Source: Eukaryota sp. TZLM1-RC
Lineage: Eukaryota > Protista > Metamonada: BaSk clade
Reading direction: 5' to 3'
DNA: 64,000 nucleotides
Assembly (NCBI GenBank): GCA_040285825.1
Contig: JAUPSS010000001.1
Span: forward strand, 2,666,001-2,730,000
A model generated the notes under the pieces. It saw only the letters and a list, made by a program, of their open reading frames with translations, was not told the DNA's origin and did not search any database. This document shows, in pieces, positions 55,896-64,000 of the stretch (position 1 is its first letter; every line of letters starts with the position of its first letter). Made by a program: the position numbers and the translations under genes.

Positions 55896-56960
55896 CTATC
55901 TGCACAGATACTGAGGCCTTTCATTACCACTCATTCTGGCTTCAGCAATTGCAAACATATTCAGACAAGCCAGCTTATTTCTATTGAAAAGCTTTGTTGA
56001 GCCTTTGTTACTGAGTTTGCAACTCTCACTATTACAAGCTAATAAACCATGACACATAGTAACAGGCGTGTTTTTTCTTCTATAGCATCTGGGATTTGTT
56101 ACTCTCAAAAACGTAGCAACCTTTTCAAAACAAACAGGACATTTTGCTGAAGTGAAAGCTTCATTAATCATCAATACTTCAAATCCATTTCTTTTCAGAA
56201 ATTGAGTCCATCCAATTCCTCTAGTAGGTCTCTGATGTTTCAAATTCTTGGAACCTTTTTTACCATAATCACCCATTAGAATTAAAGTGTCTTTTGGATT
56301 GCATAACTGCTGGACAAGGTTTTTTAACAACCAACTTTCAGTCTTTTGCTTGTGAATAAAAGCTTGCATTTTGTGAATGCTCCACAAGTCAAGACTGTAA
56401 AAGTCAATTGTCAAAAAACTTGCCGAAGTTTGGCAACCACAAAGTTGGAAAAATCTATAAAAGTTGCTGAATTGGCAGCAAACGTGAATAATTCGGTGTT
56501 GGCATCTTCAATTGTCATTTCGTTAGACTCTATCATTTGGTTCCTGTCGGAACCTACCTCAGTATACTTTGTCGCCCATCGTTTCTGTTTTTCATTCATC
56601 CTACTTTTCAAAGACCAGGACATCTGAGTCATTCTCAACCATTTGTACTTCTTGTCTTGATTCATCACCCGACTATTTCTTTGCTGTTCAGTTTCATGTT
56701 CAGGCACCATGGCTAGTTCTTCATCAGTCTTTTTGCTGCCAAAATACAATAAATCACGTTTTCCAGGATCACAAACAACAATTCGTTTGTCTTGAAAAGC
56801 ATCAACATCAACATCATGAATATATAAATCAGAAATACTAGCCTTGTTGTCTGGCTTACATTTCTGACCTTGTAAATCCCGACGAACAAATTCTACTGCA
56901 ATATTAAATCCATCTGTGTGTATAATGTTGTTGAATTTATAGTTGAATTTATTGAATTTA
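55896..56960 (-). pseudogene. Fanzor C-terminal half (frameshift at 56411-56418; RuvC-III Asp to Asn)
   Basis: IHTDGFNIAV, RIVVCDPGKRDLLY, LMGDYG, INEAFTSAKCPVC, CHGLLAC, FNRNKLACLN, ERPQYLCR. Confidence 0.88.
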
Positions 56961-58213
56961 TATTTACTCTCCAAAAAGAAATTATGGCGATCAAACTTAC
57001 CAATAACAATCGAAATTAAAAACACTTTTTGATCTGAATTCCACTCACCCATTTGCTCATCAGTTTTCTTTTTCAAAACAGTTGCACCCTCTTTTCTCTT
57101 TTTGTTGATAATCTTATCAGGAGGGAGAAATTGGCCATCATGATCTTGGTAAAGATAACCATCCTGATAGGTTTCAAAATCAAAGCACATAACAGTGGGA
57201 AGATTTTGATTTGTGGTCATTGATTTGAATTGAATTAAAGGATCAGGCTTGAAGCCACTAAGACTTGGCTCAATTTTTTTGACCATACTCGGTTTCAATG
57301 GTTGTTTTGTCAAAATCTTCCTGTTCTCGATATTCAACATTGTATTCTCAATACAAATTTCTCGGTTCAGTGCTTTTTGTTGTTTTTTTAGCTTACGCTT
57401 TGATGTTTGTTGGTCAAAAATCGCATTTCTAATAATTTTTGATGGAGGAGTTGATTCAAAATTAGATCTTCTCTTTCTGGGACCAGGATTTGCTTCAACA
57501 TCTCCATCAATTGTTAAATCAACAGTAAATGGGTTTGTTGATAGAAGATGTTGGCAGCTTCTGGATTGAAAAGATAAATTATAAACATTATAATCAAACT
57601 CAACATTATCAAAATAACAATTTAAGACACAACATCCCATATCTAAAGTGCAAGAATCTAAACCACAAAAATGAACAAACTCATAAACATCAAAACAACT
57701 ATGTAAAACAAAACATATACAAAAGAAACATCCCACATCTACAGTACAAGTACCTAAACCAAAAACATCAACAAAATCAACAACATCAAAGTAACAACAA
57801 TGTACAACAAAACACAAACAAGAACAACATCCCATATCTACAGTACAAGTACCTAAACCAAAAACATCAACAAAATCAACAACATCAAAGTAACAATGTA
57901 AAACAAAACACAAACAAGAACATCTCATATGCAAGGTGATTACCACCATGGCCGACTCAACAGGATCCATATCATGACTCACATGATGACGGAAAAAAAT
58001 ACAATACTCTACCCCCACGGAAGGATCAGAACGACGATGCCGATAGGAAATCGAGGCTCTGACCTTCCGTTTATTCCTGTAAAGCAGGATTACTCTTCCC
58101 GACTGAGGAGTTCGGGAGGAAGTACTCTGCTGTTCTGTGAAGAACAGGTTGAAGGAGGAGGTGGGAACTGAGTCCGTAACCTCGTTATCCTTGTTCTCCT
58201 TTTGTGGATGCAT
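56411..58213 (-). CDS. Chimeric ORF: Cys-rich repeats, 2A peptide, PolB-type exonuclease fragment, Fanzor RuvC-I region
   Basis: One open frame containing GDVEANPGP, VMCFDFETYQ...DQKVFLISIVIG and VCDPGKRD. Confidence 0.6.
   Translation of the reverse strand: MHPQKENKDNEVTDSVPTSSFNLFFTEQQSTSSRTPQSGRVILLYRNKRKVRASISYRHRRSDPSVGVEYCIFFRHHVSHDMDPVESAMVVITLHMRCSCLCFVLHCYFDVVDFVDVFGLGTCTVDMGCCSCLCFVVHCCYFDVVDFVDVFGLGTCTVDVGCFFCICFVLHSCFDVYEFVHFCGLDSCTLDMGCCVLNCYFDNVEFDYNVYNLSFQSRSCQHLLSTNPFTVDLTIDGDVEANPGPRKRRSNFESTPPSKIIRNAIFDQQTSKRKLKKQQKALNREICIENTMLNIENRKILTKQPLKPSMVKKIEPSLSGFKPDPLIQFKSMTTNQNLPTVMCFDFETYQDGYLYQDHDGQFLPPDKIINKKRKEGATVLKKKTDEQMGEWNSDQKVFLISIVIGKFDRHNFFLESKYKFNKFNYKFNNIIHTDGFNIAVEFVRRDLQGQKCKPDNKASISDLYIHDVDVDAFQDKRIVVCDPGKRDLLYFGSKKTDEELAMVPEHETEQQRNSRVMNQDKKYKWLRMTQMSWSLKSRMNEKQKRWATKYTEVGSDRNQMIESNEMTIEDANTELFTFAANSATFIDFSNFVVAKLRQVF
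57479..57550 (-). other. 2A (StopGo) ribosome-skipping peptide
   Basis: LLSTNPFTVDLTIDGDVEANPGP matches the D(V/I)ExNPGP consensus, including the usual preceding Gly. Confidence 0.85.
57590..57935. repeat. About 3.5 tandem copies of a 93-99-bp A/C-rich unit
   Basis: AACATCCCATATCTA-like anchors at 57631, 57727, 57826 and 57919. Confidence 0.9.
58017..58205. other. GC-rich cluster of five consecutive stem-loops
   Basis: ACGGAAGG-TCAGA/TCTGA-CCTTCCGT, TCCTG/CAGGA, CTTCCCGA/TCGGGAGG, CTGTTCT-GTGA-AGAACAG, GAGGT/ACCTC. Confidence 0.6.
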
Positions 58214-58291
58214 ATTTTGACCAACGAAATTATTTATGGAGTTTTTCAAGACGTATTTGTGGAGTTGTAAAAAAATTGAACATCCTCAATA

Positions 58292-58510
58292 GTGGTTGCT
58301 TCATCAGCTTTATATGCACCTTTACGAACACATGGGGCTGTTGCCACTGGTCCACTGGCACTTCATACCCAAGGCAACTCATCTATGATTGCTGCGGCAG
58401 TTGAACATTCCTTCATTGTTTACTCCACAGATCGATTACACATACTCTACACTGGTCCTCCTCTTCCTGGACCTATCAGTCACATGATATGGGTGAAGCG
58501 AGTTTTAGTC
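58292..58510 (+). pseudogene. WDR36/Utp21 N-terminal fragment
   Basis: SALYAPLRTHGAVA...AVEHSFIVYSTDRLHILYTGPPLPGPISHM resembles the Utp21 N-terminus; no ATG; ends in AT-rich low complexity. Confidence 0.6.
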
Positions 58511-58899
58511 TTCTCTATATCCAATTCTATCACAATATTTATAAATATACTATATATGATTAGTATATTAGTATATTATAATTATAATGATTATAATAAT
58601 AATATTAGGTAAATTATATAGTATAATTTATAATAATATAATAATACCTATTATTTATATAAATTTATATTATATTATATTAAAAATTCTATATCCAATT
58701 CTATATCCAATTCTGTCTACTCGTGGACACCTGGATCTCAAACAACTTCTGTCGTCCTCTCTTCCCATGCCCACATAGCCTCTCTACTCTCCCTTTTGTA
58801 TGGTTGTGTTTGATGAATCATTTTGGATTTGTTGAAACTTCATTGGTAAAAGCTTTACCTATACTAAACTTGCTCTGTTTACGTCGTTGCTGTAGTTTA

Positions 58900-61000
58900 A
58901 CTTCTATGGTTGAAAAACAATGGCGTTCTTATAAATGGCTAATTTTCTGATAAAGTCATGGCATCATATCATAATTCTTCATTGTATTTTTCCTAAACCT
59001 CTTTCTTGGAAGTCATCCTGAAAATTTCCTGCTCCTTCAGTTAGCCTTCCATCTATGAAAATTGAAAACCAAACAAGACAAGTTGTCTATTTCTTCAGAA
59101 CTACCTTCTTCGATATCATAATCTTACGGTTTATTTTGCTTGGATTGCCAGTGCAACTTCGGGATTTTAATTTTTCTCTGCACTAGTTTGCCATTTGCAA
59201 CAATACATAAAACAGATTCAATGAAATTGTTTCTTTTACCAAATGAGATTCCTGCATTTCTTGCAGCATTCAAAACTGTGTTTCTAGCAGCAGCTTGTAA
59301 GGAATAACAATCTTTTATCCACTCAAAAATTATGTACTCTGAGATGATGTGAGTTGTGGATTATAAATATACAATGAGTAATTTTAATAATTACAAAACC
59401 AATTTTTTACAATGTATATCGATGATTTTAACTTATCATTATCACTTTATATGCCGTTCAGTGATTAAGGTCATTTTGATTCCATTTTTGTATTTTAATT
59501 TTGGTATTTCCTCCTTTTTGTGAAAAAAATCGTTGGGTAGTCATTTTCTACTTTGTCCAACCTACAAATCTTTCAGAAAACTGAAGACAGGTTTTTTTGC
59601 ATTCACTGATGAAAGTACAGGAAGTAAGAATTGAATCCTTATTACATCCTAAACAACAGTATGTGGGCTATGGAATGTGTGACTAACAATTTTGAACACA
59701 TTGTATCCCATTCATTTGAACAACGCCTCTGCTCTGAATAAATTGAACATATGGGCTCAGGGATAATGACATTAATAGATCAAAATCGGAATTCAAAAAT
59801 GGTCTAAGAGTTGTAAATTTTTGGTGTTTTCGGACATTGTATATCATCATTTTGATTCATTCAATATTCAAACAACTGATCAGTAAATTGTTCATAATTT
59901 CCTCGAAAAGACCGTACAGTGGCGATCTGTAGGCAGAAAATATTGTTTGTGAAAACAATTCGTGTGAGCTTCAACATAGTGAAGAGTCAAAAAAACAAAA
60001 TCAAAACTTGGAAAATTTGATTGTTAAGTCAAGGCCCAATACTGTTAAAATTTGGTCGCAACAATACAGTTGTTTTTTTGATAATCAGAAATTCCCTGTT
60101 TAAAACAAAAACAACCATTCGAGCAATCATGTTCAGCAAAAGGAACATTTTTTGCTTTGGAAGTAACATTGAAAATACTGTCAAGCCCGAAAAAATCACC
60201 GTGTTTAACAGCAGTGGATTGTTTATAAATAGAATGTACATAATAAGTTTTTTGAAAAAAGCAAAATTTTGGTCAATAGTTCAACAAACAAAGAGAAATA
60301 CTTATTAAACTTAATAAAACCATTGAATTAAATGAATTACTCACATCCAAGAACAAACAAAATTTCAACTCATATACTGTGGTAAATACTGCAGCAAAAG
60401 TGGAACACAACGGGTCAACTGATCACAATTCACAATTACAAACAAATGGGATCAGAACAAATGAAGCACAGTTTCAGACTGTCACAACACATGGTGGTTT
60501 GTTTTCAGAATACTCCATCTTCTGTTAGGGAACTTCTTTTAGAGGGGAACTTTAAGTTCATAACGAAACATTACTTGTCTTTTCCGAATTACTGGAATAC
60601 ACTCATCACCCAAACACCAAGCGTTATGTCTTTATTATAATCCTTATGGAATCATAGATATTGTTATTGGGCAAAAATTGTTTAAGCCCACTTCACAATC
60701 TTAAAACCAATTGTTGTTCCTTACCTTTTAGATTTATGTATTTCTCAACAAGTTTGCCCAAGTTTTCCAGGAAATCCAAATTCCCAAAACCATCTGTGTT
60801 ACAGTAAAAAAACCAAATGATTTTTGAATTGAACATTCTATTACTCCATAATTGATAAATATAAAGCACAGTTACTTTCCTTAAATGGCGATTCGGATAA
60901 TCATTTGTTATTTGTCCATTGACTGTCTCCTTACATGCCTCTTTTGGACATACTACTTCGTCATTCTTAGATGAATCTGTTGAAATTGTGAAACAGTGTA
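58900..61000 (-). mobile_element. Old, heavily decayed family-A-related retrotransposon
   Basis: Collinear remnants: FLDVSNSFNS, KKTTVL..FNSIG, SILTSCTF, ARNTVLNAARNAGIS, FSIDGRLTE..DDFQ. Confidence 0.7.
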
Positions 61001-61087
61001 AAGGAAGAGTGTTTTGATAAGCTCTTATGGCAGAACAGAATTGTATTTTCTATTTTTAAAGGTGTTGTTCCCATATTAACTTCTGCT

Positions 61088-62520
61088 TTATTTTCTCTTG
61101 GTCGGTTTTATGAGAGAGAACATCTCATCAATACTTTCTGGTTGATTTGGGATATGAAGACATAGAGTGTTAGGTTTTTTTTGAATAAATTTAACCGAAG
61201 AACCGATCATGGAAGAAACAAAGGGACATACATTATATTGGGCATGAGAATTTTGATTAATCGAGGAAATGGGTTTCGCATATTTAGCAATTTTATATTT
61301 TTCGCCTGCAAGAAGAGGATTATTTACATCCGAGTTAATGAGATGTTCGTTAGAGGAATTACAAGGGTCAATAGACATGGCGTCCAAAATAGTAAAACTA
61401 CCATTTAAACCAGGAACAACTAGATCACCTCTAGATCGAGGCAACCGATGCACCTTCAATAGTTTTAATGCCAAATTGAAAATCAGAGAAGAAAGCATCC
61501 TGGTTAAAGACTCTCTAATAGCAATTGGTCTAACTCCATCGGGTTTGTTACTTTTTCCTGGTTTAACTAAAGCAACTAACCGGGCAGCAGTCAATTCAGG
61601 CGGAGGAACATAATTCAAACACATTAAACTTTGAAAATAAATGGCAAGATCCTCAGAAATTTCTGGAGTATTTTTACAAGCAGTTTTTAACAAATCAAAA
61701 GAAATGCCTGAGGGACCAGCAGCTTTTCCTTTTGGCAATTTAACAATAGCATTGAATACTTCTTGAGCCTGAAAAGGATTTTCGAGCCAATATTCACAAA
61801 TTGGCGGCTTAAGTGGGCAAATATTTTCAGTTGGATGAAGCACTTTCAGTTTTTCAACAGTTTCATAATTATTATCAGCCAACTTACCTGAAAAAATATT
61901 TTTTAAACCGCTTCCATATCTACCTCTCAAGAACAATTTTCTTGCTTGAAACCATGAACTGGCTTTACTTTTCTTCGGTTTGTAATTAATTGATTTTTTA
62001 TTCTTTTTGGCAAAGAATTTCCAAAATCTTGTTAAAAATAATAAAAAAAAATGTTGTTATGTTCCATTTGTTTGATTTCAATTGGGAGGAAAAAGAACGC
62101 ATTTCCATTGACACAGGAACAGAACTGACAGGACTCACCTCTACAGGAATTTTAACAGGTGCACGAAGAGAATCACTTGTTTGACAGTCAAAACAAAACA
62201 AGAGAGGGCGACAATTGGAAGAATTAGAGAGGAACTTTTTGCAAAAAGGACAATTATGTTTCAAGACATTATCCGTAGGATCAGGAGCAACAGTTTTTGG
62301 TAAATGAGTTTGATCAATATTTAAATCATAATTAACATCATCAGCAGAAACATTGGGAACAGGAGGAAGATTCAGTGCGGATGGCGTTTGCAAACTATTA
62401 ACAATAGAAATATTTGTTTTCAGTCTCATTGTTTCGGTAATAATATCAGGACATTTTCTAATGTTATTTGAAGTTGATTCAAATAAAAATTAGATTCACC
62501 ATGGATCAGATGAACATCAT
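61088..62520 (-). mobile_element. Internally deleted family-C RLE retrotransposon
   Basis: CPFC..CFDC finger, GKAAGPSGISFD, DGVRPIAI fused directly to the RGDLVVPG RLE region; RT core is missing. Confidence 0.8.
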
Positions 62521-62629
62521 AAGGAAACCTTTGAAAAAATTCAAAAACAAAATTTTTTCCACCTCCTAAAAAAGCTGCTTTACATAAAATTTTTTTTTGA
62601 AAAATTTTAATTTATTATTAAACTACAGT

Positions 62630-64000
62630 CTAAAAGTCAATATCTTCAAAACAAGCTTCCACACCATCAAACCTCACAACAGCAATTTCTTCGTAATGTG
62701 CACTGACAGACATCAAAGCTTTCGAAATCATTTTAGGAATTGATTTGAAAATAGTAAAAACAATACGATTTAGCCACAAGCGACGATCAAAACGCTTATT
62801 CATTCTTCTTTTCACAAGATTTTCAAAATCATCAATAAAATTTGTTTCATTTCATTTACTTTTATTCAACAACAAATACGAAATACACAATTAAAACTCC
62901 ACATCCTCAAAACCTGCCTCCCCTACATCAAAACAATTAATTGCTAAAGATTCAGAAAATTTCCCAAAAGAAGATAGTGAATCAGAAATTAGTTTTACCA
63001 TTCCCTTAAAAATAGAAAATACAATCCTGTTTTGCCAGTAAACACGATTGAAAATTCTTCCAGTTCTTTCCTTTACAACAACAACATAATCCTCAAGGAA
63101 AGCCATAGCAGCCTTACCTAGAGATCCAAGCAGAGAAAAAACAAATGGACATAAATTATATTGGGCATGAGAATTTTCATTAACCGAAGAAATGGGATTC
63201 GCATATTTAGCAATTTTATATTTTTCGCCTGCAAGAAGAGGATTATTTACATACGAGTTAATGAAAGAATGAAGAGGTAATGAAATGTTTACAGTTCAAA
63301 AGATGAGTAAACAAAAGAGGTTTACCACATTTACAAGTTAAATGATTGGGCAAATTGTTTGGCCACAGAAAACAACGAAAACGCATGTTTAGAAGCCATT
63401 CATTGTTTTTTAACAAAAGTCCATAAACAGAGGGAACTTGAGTTACTAAAGCAGCAGCTGAACTATCACGAATATCCTTTAAAAAATTACCGAAAGTGGG
63501 ATTTTTAGTTTTGGCCAAGCCAAGTCTTACTTCATAATCCAAGCCTTCATATAATTTAACCAGATGGTGCTGAAGCTTTTTCAAGCAAAAACGTAAATAT
63601 GGAAGTGATCGGGTGGGAATTTCTTGAACATTTTGAGGAAAACACTGAATCCAGATATTTTTTTATTTAAATTTAATTTTATGCAAAACCTATAAATCAA
63701 CATCTAAAAAAATCCATCTCTCCCAGAACAAAAACACTAGATGCAACTCTCTCATAGTGAGATTCAAGAGAAAGCAAAGCATCAGAAACCATCTTCAACA
63801 TCCCCTTAAAAATAGAAAACACAATTCTATTTTGCCAAAACAATCTGTTGAAATTTCTGCCAGTTCTTCTCTTTACAATCATTTCAAAATCATCCAAAAA
63901 ACGTAAAGCAGTTGGTGCAAGTGAACCAAAAAGGGAAAATACAAATGGATACAAATTGTATTTTGCATGCTGTAGACTGGCCAATTTGGACAAAGGTTCA
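62630..64000 (-). mobile_element. Stack of co-oriented RLE retrotransposon 3' fragments
   Basis: Three separate W(L/Q)NRIVF tails (62630, 62891, 63697) and a CKC..HLLNC segment (63258-63600). Confidence 0.82.

Noticed and set aside
57590-57935. CRISPR-like array next to a Fanzor
   Set aside because: Units are similar along their whole length, with no unique spacers; this is a tandem repeat
58100-58140. Hammerhead ribozyme core (CTGAGGA)
   Set aside because: No correctly placed GAAA and stem III/NUH could be built
1-64000. tRNA, rRNA or snRNA genes
   Set aside because: None recognised by eye; a tRNAscan/Infernal run would be needed to exclude them

Overview
AT-rich, gene-dense eukaryotic (protist) DNA using the standard genetic code. 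Genes are almost intron-free; the three introns found are 29-30 nt with the branch point fused to the 3' splice site. This, plus an axonemal dynein, suggests a flagellated metamonad-like protist (inference). Host genes: GH32 invertase, DRG GTPase, RCC1/LRR proteins, Pumilio, GCP3, Prp19, a Dpy-30 protein, a CTP-dependent lipid kinase, SAC3/GANP, UBE2C, a DNAH2-type dynein and an HPC2/UBN-like protein. Intergenic space holds two kinds of mobile DNA. (1) CRE-like non-LTR retrotransposons (RT plus restriction-like endonuclease): one full-length copy with a 10-bp TSD (26181-29517) and many fragments. (2) At least five Fanzor (eukaryotic TnpB-like) loci from two subfamilies. The most notable items are an intact 641-aa Fanzor followed by a structured, probably pseudoknotted omegaRNA candidate and a UBL/F-box ORF, with no transposase nearby (21250-24118), and a chimeric ORF linking a Cys-rich repeat, a 2A ribosome-skipping peptide (DVEANPGP), a PolB-type exonuclease fragment and a Fanzor RuvC half (55896-58213). 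Four Fanzor 3' ends point into the start of a co-oriented gene, and three 5' ends sit head-to-head with broken host-gene fragments. All family calls are from motif recognition by eye; no database search was run.
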